Both the position numbers and the translations under genes were made by a program. A DNA stretch of 64,000 nucleotides from Kiritimatiellia bacterium (GTDB taxonomy: Bacteria; Verrucomicrobiota; Kiritimatiellia; CAIKKV01): positions 11,206-75,205 of the forward strand of contig JAWOJA010000007.1 in NCBI GenBank assembly GCA_046484345.1, given 5' to 3'. Shown piece after piece: positions 32,227 through 45,221 of this stretch. The notes under the pieces were generated by a model. The model had not been told where the DNA came from. It saw only the letters and a list, made by a program, of their open reading frames with translations, and searched no databases. Within the stretch, counting starts at the first letter, position 1. The number at the start of each line of letters is the position of its first letter.

Positions 32227-33819
32227 TCAGGGCTTGTGCGAATAGCTTTCCACGATCCAGCGCGAAAGCTCGCGGTCCGGTGAATCCACCACGGCTTTTG
32301 TGATGGTGAAGGTCGTCTGCCCGGTGTTGCGCGCGATCAGCTGGAGCCCATGTTGGAAATCGGCGAACTTCTCCGAACAGATGGCGGGAACGGATTTGCC
32401 GGTGCTGATGCTCGCGTCGAGCAGGGCGTTGACGCCGTCCGGGTCGAAGGCCAGTTTCAAGCCGTGCTCGGTCGCGAACCCGCTGGCGAATTCGTCCAGC
32501 GCGGTGCGGAGATTTTCCATGTGCAGCGAGTAGCCGGCCTTGAGCAGCCGGTTGAGCGCCTGGCGCGGATCGGCCACGGTGTCGGTGGTCACCTCGAACG
32601 AGGCGATGGAGGTGGAGGGCAACTCGAATTTGAACTCCCGGAACAGCCGCTCCATCACGGTCATCAGGCCGCGCGCGCCCGTCTTCTCCCCCCATGCCCG
32701 CTCGGCAATTTCGCGGATCGCTTCCTTCGAAAGGCTGACCTCGATGCCGTACCCCCGGAAGTCGGCCTTGTATTGCTTCAAGATGCTGCCCTCGGATCCC
32801 ATCAGGATGGCCTGCAAGTCGTCCGTGGAAAGGGGATCGCAGACCACCCGCACGGGCAGCCGGCCGATGAATTCGGGCTCGAAGCCGTAGGCGATGAAGT
32901 CGGGGGTTTGCATCAGCCGGAGATATTCGGATTCCTCGCTTTTGCCCTTGGAGGAGGAAAAGCCGATCGCGGAACTGCCGACCCGGCGGCGGATGATGTC
33001 GCCAAGGGTGTCGAAGGCGCCGCTGACGATGAACAGGATGTGGCGGGTGTTGATGGTGCGCTTGCCCGGTTTGCGGCCTTTCTGCATCTCCATCATGGCC
33101 TGCATCTGGCCGATCAGGTCCGTCTGGCTGAAGAGGTTCACGTCGGTGTCCTCCATCAGCTTCAGGAGGTTGATCTGCACGCCGCGCCCCGAGACGTCCC
33201 GCGTGCCCGGGGTGGACTGCGTGGCGATTTTGTCGATCTCATCGATGTAGACGATGCCGTAGGCGGCCAGGTCGGTGTTGCCGTTGGCGGCCTTGACGAG
33301 GTCGCGGACGATATCCTCCACGTCGAAGCCCACGTAGCCGGTTTCCGAGAACTTGGTGGCGTCGGCCTTGACGAAGGGTACCCCGATGAGGCGGGAGAGG
33401 CAGCGCATGAGATAGGTTTTGCCCACGCCCGTGGGGCCCAGCAGGATGACGTTCTGCTTGATGTAGTCGGCCTCCACGAGGGCCGGATCTTCGAGGCATT
33501 GGCGCACATGGTTGAAATGGTCGCAAACGGCCACGGAGAGGACTTTTTTGGCGTCGCCCTGCCCGATGACAAAGCGGTCCAGCCATTCGCGCACGTCGCG
33601 CGGGGTGTGGTGGAAGGCCCGGACTTTTTCCAGGGCTTTGTGGACGTCGTCCTCTTCGGCTTTCGGGGGGGGAGGAGGCGGCTGGGCGTGCAGACGGCTG
33701 GGGTCGCCGACGAAGGAGAGGTTGGCATGCTTGAGCAGTTCGCTTAGTTGTTCCTTCAGCTCCTCTTCGGTGCGTGAGGCGTCGGGCTTCTCTTTTTTCT
33801 TTTCGGGGTCATCCATCAT
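32227..33819 (-). CDS. ClpX-like AAA+ ATPase lacking the N-terminal zinc-binding domain
   Basis: [13 protein letters not shown], Walker [19 protein letters not shown] and the sensor regions are collinear with ClpX. The N-terminus is acidic/Pro-rich with no C4 zinc finger. Confidence 0.7.
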   Translation of the reverse strand: MMDDPEKKKEKPDASRTEEELKEQLSELLKHANLSFVGDPSRLHAQPPPPPPKAEEDDVHKALEKVRAFHHTPRDVREWLDRFVIGQGDAKKVLSVAVCDHFNHVRQCLEDPALVEADYIKQNVILLGPTGVGKTYLMRCLSRLIGVPFVKADATKFSETGYVGFDVEDIVRDLVKAANGNTDLAAYGIVYIDEIDKIATQSTPGTRDVSGRGVQINLLKLMEDTDVNLFSQTDLIGQMQAMMEMQKGRKPGKRTINTRHILFIVSGAFDTLGDIIRRRVGSSAIGFSSSKGKSEESEYLRLMQTPDFIAYGFEPEFIGRLPVRVVCDPLSTDDLQAILMGSEGSILKQYKADFRGYGIEVSLSKEAIREIAERAWGEKTGARGLMTVMERLFREFKFELPSTSIASFEVTTDTVADPRQALNRLLKAGYSLHMENLRTALDEFASGFATEHGLKLAFDPDGVNALLDASISTGKSVPAICSEKFADFQHGLQLIARNTGQTTFTITKAVVDSPDRELSRWIVESYSHKP

Positions 33820-33908
33820 GATGGGGTTCTCCGGAAGGTGATTTCATACCCTTACAGTATGCGTCCGCCATGGGGGCTGTCAATTCGGGATATCCCTATT
33901 GGGGGTGT

Positions 33909-34007
33909 CTTAATCGTAATCTTAATCGTAATCCCTTCCTGCTCGGCCGTACCTCAAACAGCCAGGGGCGCAGCAAGAGTTGGATTGAGATTAAGATTAC
34001 GATTAGG
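33909..34007. promoter_or_regulatory. Large AT-rich inverted repeat between the ClpX-like gene and uvrA; candidate repressor operator
   Basis: Arm 1 is cttaatcgtaatcttaatcgtaatccc at 33909-33935. Arm 2 is agattaagattacgattagg at 33988-34007. The arms share a 17-nt perfect reverse-complement match, and arm 2 abuts the uvrA -35. Confidence 0.5.
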
Positions 34008-34025
34008 AGTAAGAGTAAGCCTGAC

Positions 34026-34054
34026 TTACAGGGGGTAGACAGTTGTGGTATACT
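34026..34054 (+). promoter_or_regulatory. Predicted uvrA promoter: TTACAG-N17-TGgTATACT (extended -10)
   Basis: Extended -10 TGnTATACT at 34046-34054. RBS AAGGAA lies 9 nt before the ATG at 34079. Confidence 0.45.
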
Positions 34055-34078
34055 GATTGGTAAGAAGGAAATCCGGAA

Positions 34079-39514
<5,436 letters not shown>

Positions 39515-39607
39515 TCCAAGCCTTGCGCGAAGCATGGAGGGCGGCGCGCTGTCGCCGCCGCCGCATGGGATTGTCTCGGTTGATGGTTTCCGATACGCCC
39601 GCGAAGG

Positions 39608-39653
39608 TGGTGGGCAGTACAGGAATCGAACCTGTAACATCCAGCGTGTAAAG
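39608..39653 (-). pseudogene. 46-nt fragment of tRNA-Val (anticodon loop through CCA), inverted relative to the intact tRNA-Val at 44497; candidate att-site remnant
   Basis: The reverse complement of 39608-39653 equals ctttacacgctggatgttacaggttcgattcctgtactgcccacca, identical to the 3' 46 nt of the tRNA at 44497-44572. Similarity ends abruptly at the anticodon-stem/loop junction. Confidence 0.8.
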
Positions 39654-40051
39654 GTATTCAAGCTGTTTTCGTAAGTGCCACAATAAGAAGTTGTTGTGGC
39701 TATAAGCCCTTGAAAACACAATTTTTAAGGCGATCCAGATCGATCCGCCACGATAACAGGCGATCAAGTGAGAAACCAAGTGTCATGCGGTGTGTCATGC
39801 ACTTTGTTAAAAAGCATTTTATAGGGACAGGAAATGCGCTCTTATGATTGAGATTCTCCTGATATATCCACTGGACCTTAACAGGCGAAATCCTACCCTT
39901 ATCGCTTTACTCTATAATATTACTTTAAAGGATGTTGACTGAATGCCCTGTTGAGTCCAACATTGAAGAAGCTCGTTTTTGAGAAATTTCTCTTTGTCAA
40001 ACAAGACCCGCAAAGTCCAGAGGGGAACGAGACACCGAAAGGAGGCTACAC

Positions 40052-40273
40052 ATGGGCGACTGGTCAGACTACTTCGAGCAATTCCCCGAGGAGAATCCCG
40101 GCAACTACGATAAGAACGGCCAATTCGACCCGCACGGGGTTCTCCGGAAAGAGCGGGCAACCCAGCAACTTGCCCAAAGGCGTTTGACCGAAGTGCAACT
40201 GGCGAACGCAACGGCAACCCAACCGGTGACGCAAGTTGACACAGGAATATCCCAACACCCGCGTCCACGGTAG
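40052..40273 (+). CDS. Small (73 aa) hydrophilic hypothetical protein
   Basis: Strong RBS AAAGGAGG 7 nt before the ATG. Its stop codon lies inside REP-like hairpin copy 1. Confidence 0.45.
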   Translation: MGDWSDYFEQFPEENPGNYDKNGQFDPHGVLRKERATQQLAQRRLTEVQLANATATQPVTQVDTGISQHPRPR

Positions 40274-40301
40274 CCTCGCAAGCTCGGCACCGTGACGCGG
40301 G
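40258..40301 (+). repeat. REP-like imperfect palindromic repeat, copy 1 (core cacggtagcctcgcaagctcggcaccgtg)
   Basis: A 13-14 bp stem with one bulge (cccgcgtccacggt / accgtgacgcggg). Contains a GTAG tetranucleotide. The 29-nt core is repeated at 41699-41727. Confidence 0.6.
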
Positions 40302-40320
40302 ACGTTCGAATATAATAAGA

Positions 40321-41064
40321 ATGATAAAAACCATGACAGACATCCGTAAGTTTTGTGGATGGCTAATGCTGGTCTTGGTGATCGGCGAATTTGTATTCTT
40401 TGCCAACAGTTGGCTTCGATATTGCCCGCCAACCGAAGCACTCCAATTTGCTTTCAGCGGCGCGTGGTTTAGGGACAAATTCCCGTATGGCGGTGCAGGT
40501 TTCGCCTTGGATAAGCCGACGATAGGAAAATTATTCTTATGGACCTCAGTTTTGACCTGCCTCGCCTGCACAATAATATTGCTGCTACATACTGTCGTAG
40601 AACGCAATCACCGCGTGGGGTGGCGGTGCGCGAAAGCAAGTGCGGCTTTTCTTATTGCTTTTGTCTTGGTTGAGTTCCTCGTCCCAACCTTTTTTCTTGT
40701 TCAGTATGTTTTTTCCATGGGTGTGACGATTCGTCGGTTCCTGGGGCTTTGTTTGTGTTGTGGTTTTTGGTTCTCTCTTCCGTCAATCATATTCTGGATC
40801 AGGAAGACGGGGCCATCGCTGATAGATTGGAAACGTAATCCTCTTGTTTTAGCGCTCGCCTGCTCTATTGTTATTCCTACTTACTATTTGATCCTCATAC
40901 TGCAACCATACGAATGTCGCCATTGGGGAACAGTAAACACAATGTTCTTACTTGCATGGCTAATGCTGGTTGCTCCAATACTCTGCGTCATGTGGCTAAA
41001 CTCACGGGTCAAGACTAATGTCACCGAACCAGCGGTTGCGACTAACCGCAAGAGCCGCAATTGA
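40321..41064 (+). CDS. Hypothetical polytopic membrane protein (about 6 TM), low-GC
   Basis: Six predicted hydrophobic helices. No recognisable catalytic motif. ATGA overlap with the next ORF. Confidence 0.45.
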   Translation: MIKTMTDIRKFCGWLMLVLVIGEFVFFANSWLRYCPPTEALQFAFSGAWFRDKFPYGGAGFALDKPTIGKLFLWTSVLTCLACTIILLLHTVVERNHRVGWRCAKASAAFLIAFVLVEFLVPTFFLVQYVFSMGVTIRRFLGLCLCCGFWFSLPSIIFWIRKTGPSLIDWKRNPLVLALACSIVIPTYYLILILQPYECRHWGTVNTMFLLAWLMLVAPILCVMWLNSRVKTNVTEPAVATNRKSRN

Positions 41065-41681
41065 ACCTAGTCATTCAGGCAGTGGCCGCACAGGCCAGTC
41101 GTTCGGCAGGCAAACATCACATGACAAAACATCGCATCGTATTCATTGGCGCATGGATAGTGCTCATATTAGCTCTTTTCGCGTTCCCGGGGTTCGAGGC
41201 ACGAGGTATCGCGAGTGGTCTTGTCATTGGCTGGTGGCCTTTCCTGTTCCTCGGACCCCTGGTCGCAAATTCACAGAACGGGGAGGGAATCGCATATCTC
41301 ATTGCCTTCATAACGAGCGGGACAATAGTTGGATTTTGTGCATGGGTTATGGACAGAGCTGAATTGACGAAAAAGGCCTGGCTGGTGTTACTGTTGTCGA
41401 TCATAGGAGGAGCCGCCGTTATCTACGTCTTGACCGATTACAGTTTTGATGATTGGAAAAGATCTCCCGCTGTGTCGGCTGCAATGGAGTCACCAGAATT
41501 GAGCTACGAACCCACAGGGGGGGAGTTTAACGAGTCAATTGTGATACCGCAATTGCTGGCCGGTGGCATGTGGGGTCTATATGTGGCTACAACCTTGAGT
41601 TTCTTTTATTCAATAATCCTCTTGAGGATACTTCGCTTGAAGCAGATGCAGGCGGCGGCTGACTCACAACATGAAACATGA
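41061..41681 (+). CDS. Hypothetical polytopic membrane protein (about 5 TM), low-GC; alternative start at 41121
   Basis: Hydrophobic helices. Translationally coupled to the upstream membrane protein. REP-like copy 2 lies 12 nt after its stop. Confidence 0.45.
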   Translation: MNLVIQAVAAQASRSAGKHHMTKHRIVFIGAWIVLILALFAFPGFEARGIASGLVIGWWPFLFLGPLVANSQNGEGIAYLIAFITSGTIVGFCAWVMDRAELTKKAWLVLLLSIIGGAAVIYVLTDYSFDDWKRSPAVSAAMESPELSYEPTGGEFNESIVIPQLLAGGMWGLYVATTLSFFYSIILLRILRLKQMQAAADSQHET

Positions 41682-41692
41682 AGCCGAACACT

Positions 41693-41730
41693 GCGGCGCA
41701 CGGTAGCCTCGCAAGCTCGGCGCCGTGCCT
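41693..41730 (+). repeat. REP-like palindromic repeat, copy 2 (core cacggtagcctcgcaagctcggcgccgtg)
   Basis: 28/29 identity with the copy-1 core; the flanks are unrelated. Confidence 0.6.
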
Positions 41731-41943
41731 CGAAGAGGCATTGGGGTCACGTCTATAAATTCTAATTTCATAAATTAGGGACAAATAGCCTTCTCATGCG
41801 GAGCATCCGCTTTCCGAAGGCTGAGTAGCTCCCGTTGTCGTTGAACGGGGCAACCGAGTACCAGAGATCCGACTCCTTCGTCGTCCGGATCACGGTGCCC
41901 GGCACGGACTGCACTTCCTTCATCAACGTGTCCGATTCTCGCT

Positions 41944-42945
41944 TCACGTCGATTGCACGGTTCCCGGACGCTCGTACGGCGCATTGTAACTGACGATGGC
42001 TTGTGCCCATTCATTCAGTTCCATGCATTGTTCGCGGGTGACCGGCTTGCGCTGCCTTTGGTAAGGGAATGGGGCGATCATCAGCAGTCGTCCTGCGGCG
42101 CAGGCATCGAAATAGCGTCCAATGGGTTTGTATTGGGGCGCGAACCCATTGGCGAGCAGCACTATGAGTGGTCGGCCGGCTTCCAGCGCCGCACGGGCAA
42201 TGGCTTTCTCTCCAGGGCTGATGCAGGGAGAAACCAGAACGGCGCCGTGTTCCGCTTCGCAGAGCAGTTCCCGCCGCCTGGCGTCCAGTTCTTCCGCAGA
42301 GACGCGCCGCGAGACTTGGATCTGGCATTTCAAAGGGTGCTGCAGGAGAAAACGGTTGCCGATGGCGGCAGAGGTTCTGCCGGCGGCGATTTCCAGATGG
42401 GAGACAACGGTAAAGAGGCTCGGGTTCGCCCTTTTCACGGCCAGACGCCGGGGATTGTCTGCAATATAGGCCGCCATGGCCTTCAACTGGCCACGGCGCA
42501 GGAGGATGCTATCCTGGAAACCGGGCTGCCATAACCCGGCGGCAGGGGCTGCCGCCCGAACTGGACTGGAGGCTGCCGCCGGGTCCGGGCGCAGGAGCAA
42601 CCCCCTGCTCCTGCATTCCTTCTCGCTCACGCTCTTGAACGCCTTCACCATGTGGCCCATCGGCCGCACCAGGCGTTCTTTGACCCAGAGAATGCCATGA
42701 AAGTGGTCGGGCATCACCACATGCTCGCAGGCCTCCACTCCGGGATACACGGACGAACTCCGCCGCCAGACGTCGCGGACGATCTCCCCCATGGTCGAGA
42801 GTGCCATGGCGGCCTGGCCGCCGGGGCCGGCATGCAACGCGCCGAGGCAATTCCGCCGCTGTTCGGTGACTACCGTAATCATGTAGAAGCTGGGAGCGTA
42901 GTAGTCGTGCTCCCAGCAGCGCTGAAGCATTCCCGTGTTGCTCAT
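41944..42945 (-). CDS. REP-associated tyrosine transposase (RAYT)-like HuH/Y1 protein with a ~140-aa C-terminal DprA/SLOG-like extension
   Basis: N-terminal ~190 aa carries the RAYT hallmarks YY...ITVVT, HuH motif VVMPDHFHGILWV, and catalytic-Tyr motif YIADNPRRLAV (compare YIxxNPVRAGLV). The C-terminal region resembles the DprA Rossmann domain (VLVSP.ISPGEKAIARAALEAGRPLIVLL...LLMIAPFP). The second domain is tentative. Confidence 0.6.
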   Translation of the reverse strand: MSNTGMLQRCWEHDYYAPSFYMITVVTEQRRNCLGALHAGPGGQAAMALSTMGEIVRDVWRRSSSVYPGVEACEHVVMPDHFHGILWVKERLVRPMGHMVKAFKSVSEKECRSRGLLLRPDPAAASSPVRAAAPAAGLWQPGFQDSILLRRGQLKAMAAYIADNPRRLAVKRANPSLFTVVSHLEIAAGRTSAAIGNRFLLQHPLKCQIQVSRRVSAEELDARRRELLCEAEHGAVLVSPCISPGEKAIARAALEAGRPLIVLLANGFAPQYKPIGRYFDACAAGRLLMIAPFPYQRQRKPVTREQCMELNEWAQAIVSYNAPYERPGTVQST

Positions 42946-43066
42946 GCTCTGGTTCGCTATTCGCTATCCATCATTGAGATGGCCCTCCTACGCGCGGCGT
43001 CGAAACCGACTTGCGATTCGAAGGGCCCACCACCTTCGCGAAAACGCTGACCCGACGACCGGCGAA

Positions 43067-44362
43067 TCAGCCGCGTTTTTCGTTCCGCGCGTGAAGAACG
43101 GCCCGGTAGGAGCCGAGGTCGAAGCCCTCCTTGGCGGCGCCCGATTTCACGGCGGCCTCGGCCACGGCCGCCGGCACGGTTTCGAAGAGCCGGCGGTCGA
43201 AGGGCTTCGGGATGATGTAATGGCGCCCGAAGGTCATTTCGGGCTCCCCGTAAATATCCTTCACGTGGGCCGGAACGGGTTCGCGCGCCAGTTCGGCCAG
43301 TGCCCGGGACGCCGCTTGTTTCATTTCCAGGTTCACGGTGCGGGCGCGCGCGTCGAGCGCGCCGCGGAAGAGGTACGGAAAGCCCAGCACGTTGTTGATC
43401 TGGTTGACGTAGTCCGACCGGCCCGTGGCCATCACGTAGGGCTCCCTGCCCATAACCTCGGCTACCAGTTCGGGCCGGATCTCGGGGTCGGGATTGGCCA
43501 TCGCGAAGACGGCGGGGTAGGAGGCCATGGACTTGACTTCGGCCGGCTTGAGGCAGTCGGCCGCCGACACGCCGACGAACACGTGGGCGCCCTTCAGCGC
43601 GTCGGCCAGCGTGGCGGCCGTGGTTTCGACCGCGTGTTCCTTTTTCTTGCCCGACAGGCCGGCCCGCGCGGTCCGCACCACGCCCTTGGTGTCGCACAGC
43701 GTCACGCGGGTGCAGCCGGCCACCTTCAGCATTTCACAGATCCGGATGCCGGCCGCGCCCGCGCCGTTGATCACGATTTTCAGCTCGCTCATGTCGCGGG
43801 CGGAAAGCCGGGCGTAGTTCATGACGCCCGCGAGGGTGATGACCGCCGTGCCCCACTGGTCGTCGTGGAACACGGGGATATCGAGCAGGGCGTCGAGCTT
43901 GTCCTCGATTTCGAAGCAGGCGGGGGCGGCGATGTCTTCCAGGTTGATGCCGCCGTACATGCCGGCCAGGGCGGCGGTGGCGTCGATGACGCGGGCGGGG
44001 TCGGTTTTGCCCGTGTTGGCGCCGCCCAGGCGGCAGCGGTCGAGGGGAACGGGCCAGCCGTCCACGTCGCCGAAGGCCTTGAAGAGGACGGCCTTGCCCT
44101 CCATGACGGGGATGCTGGCCTGGGCGCCGAGGTCGCCTAGGCCGAGGATGGCGGTGCCGTCGGACACCACGCCCACCAGGTTGGCGCGGCTGGTGTATTG
44201 GTAGACGGAGTCGGGCCGGGCGGCGATTTCTTTGACGGCCTGGGCCACGCCGGGGGTGTAGGCGAGGCAGAGGTCCTGCTGCGAGGCAAAGGGTTTCATG
44301 ATGCGCATCCCGACCTTGCCGCCGAGATGATAGTGAAGAACGTCTTCTTTGGTGATGGCCAT
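43067..44362 (-). CDS. NAD(P)-dependent malic enzyme (short MaeB-N-type)
   Basis: Malic enzyme motifs are collinear (YTPGVA..., GAGAAG NAD-binding). ATG at 44362 with RBS AAGGAA. Confidence 0.85.
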   Translation of the reverse strand: MAITKEDVLHYHLGGKVGMRIMKPFASQQDLCLAYTPGVAQAVKEIAARPDSVYQYTSRANLVGVVSDGTAILGLGDLGAQASIPVMEGKAVLFKAFGDVDGWPVPLDRCRLGGANTGKTDPARVIDATAALAGMYGGINLEDIAAPACFEIEDKLDALLDIPVFHDDQWGTAVITLAGVMNYARLSARDMSELKIVINGAGAAGIRICEMLKVAGCTRVTLCDTKGVVRTARAGLSGKKKEHAVETTAATLADALKGAHVFVGVSAADCLKPAEVKSMASYPAVFAMANPDPEIRPELVAEVMGREPYVMATGRSDYVNQINNVLGFPYLFRGALDARARTVNLEMKQAASRALAELAREPVPAHVKDIYGEPEMTFGRHYIIPKPFDRRLFETVPAAVAEAAVKSGAAKEGFDLGSYRAVLHARNEKRG

Positions 44363-44448
44363 GTCCAATTCCTTCTTGATGAGACGGAAAAATATACCGG
44401 ATTGTGGCCGTCCGTGCAATTGTGTTTAATCCCGAAAGGCTGTCCGGC

Positions 44449-44477
44449 TTGCAATTGAAGGCGCGCTTCGCTAGTGT
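44449..44477 (+). promoter_or_regulatory. tRNA-Val promoter TTGCAA-N17-TAGTGT
   Basis: Hexamers lie ~20 nt upstream of the mature tRNA 5' end. Same architecture as the promoters at 13018 and 22432. Confidence 0.45.
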
Positions 44478-44496
44478 ACACGGATTGTTGCACGCC

Positions 44497-44572
44497 GGGC
44501 AGTTAGCTCAATTGGCAGAGCGCCAGCTTTACACGCTGGATGTTACAGGTTCGATTCCTGTACTGCCCACCA
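44497..44572 (+). tRNA. tRNA-Val (anticodon TAC)
   Basis: 76-nt cloverleaf: acceptor GGGCAGT/ACTGCCC, D-arm GCTC...GAGC, anticodon loop TTTACAC, T-arm ACAGGTTCGATTCCTGT, 3' CCA encoded. Confidence 0.9.
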
Positions 44573-44886
44573 TCATCTATCCTGTCCGCTATCCGCTATC
44601 CGCCGGGCAATCGATGTGAAACGGGAGCCGGATGCTAATTTTGGGAGTAGGGGCAGCCACAAAGCCATTTATCGAGTCACTTGGCTTATTTATTATTGTT
44701 AGGACTGATTTCAAGATTCGGTATCGTAACATCCGCAATGCCGGATTCCAGCATAAACGCATACATTCATACGCCTCATTTCCTTCGGCCGAAGGAGTCG
44801 TAAACCGATCAAATCCATAAACCCGTTTTACGATGACCATTTTCTCGGTATCAGTTTGTCGTTTGTCGGGACTTGACCCCTTTCGG

Positions 44887-44921
44887 AAAAAAGCCCGCAA
44901 AGAGGGTGCTTTGCGGGCTTT
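44887..44921 (-). terminator. Rho-independent terminator downstream of the XRE gene
   Basis: On the minus strand reads AAAGCCCGCAAAG-caccct-CTTTGCGGGCTTTTTT: a GC-rich stem followed by a U-run. Confidence 0.6.
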
Positions 44922-44939
44922 CAGGAATGGGAAAACGAA

Positions 44940-45194
44940 TCAACCGCGTTTCTTGCCGGCCTTGCCGGTGCCGATGAGCTTCAGCCCCTTCGTGGCATCG
45001 ATGCCGAGGGCTTCGCAGAAGCGGACATACTCCAGCACGTCCAGGCGGCGTTCTCCGGTTTCATTCTTGCTCACCCAGGAGGGCGGCATTTTGAGGGTCT
45101 TGGCCAAGGTCCGAAGCGTGATCTTCTGGGAGGTCCGCGCATTCCGCAACCAGGCGAGCAACTCGGCAAACTGCTTTATTTGTTTCGTTTTCAT
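44940..45194 (-). CDS. XRE-family helix-turn-helix transcriptional regulator (Cro/CI-like)
   Basis: An 84-aa HTH_XRE domain (LRTLAKTLKMPPSWVSKNETGERRL). Lies in an AT-rich segment between two tRNA genes. Confidence 0.7.
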   Translation of the reverse strand: MKTKQIKQFAELLAWLRNARTSQKITLRTLAKTLKMPPSWVSKNETGERRLDVLEYVRFCEALGIDATKGLKLIGTGKAGKKRG

Positions 45195-45208
45195 GCTGTA
45201 TAGAGTAC

Positions 45209-45221
45209 CTGTTTTGAACAG
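45209..45221. promoter_or_regulatory. Small inverted repeat CTGTT-ttg-AACAG 15 nt upstream of the XRE start; candidate autoregulatory operator
   Basis: Perfect 5-bp arms with a 3-nt spacer inside TACCTGTTTTGAACAGTA. Confidence 0.3.

Larger units (their letters stand above)
39654..41760. mobile_element. Low-GC (visibly AT-rich) horizontally acquired islet carrying three ORFs and two REP-like hairpins
   Basis: Compositional break versus the ~65% GC flanks. Bounded by the tRNA-Val fragment on one side and a RAYT-like gene on the other. Confidence 0.4.

Noticed and set aside
39951-40187. 78-aa alternative-frame ORF at the start of the low-GC islet
   Set aside because: It overlaps the 73-aa ORF, which has a strong AAAGGAGG RBS. 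It has no RBS and low-complexity composition.
40258-41730. Integron attC-site interpretation of the two hairpin repeats
   Set aside because: No intI integrase or attI nearby. No recognisable R''/R' core (RYYYAAC/GTTRRRY). A REP-like element associated with the adjacent RAYT-like gene explains them better.
44589-44900. 103-aa minus-strand ORF downstream of the XRE gene as a possible toxin partner
   Set aside because: Its start would lie inside the XRE terminator hairpin. It sits in low-GC DNA where random ORFs are frequent. No motif.
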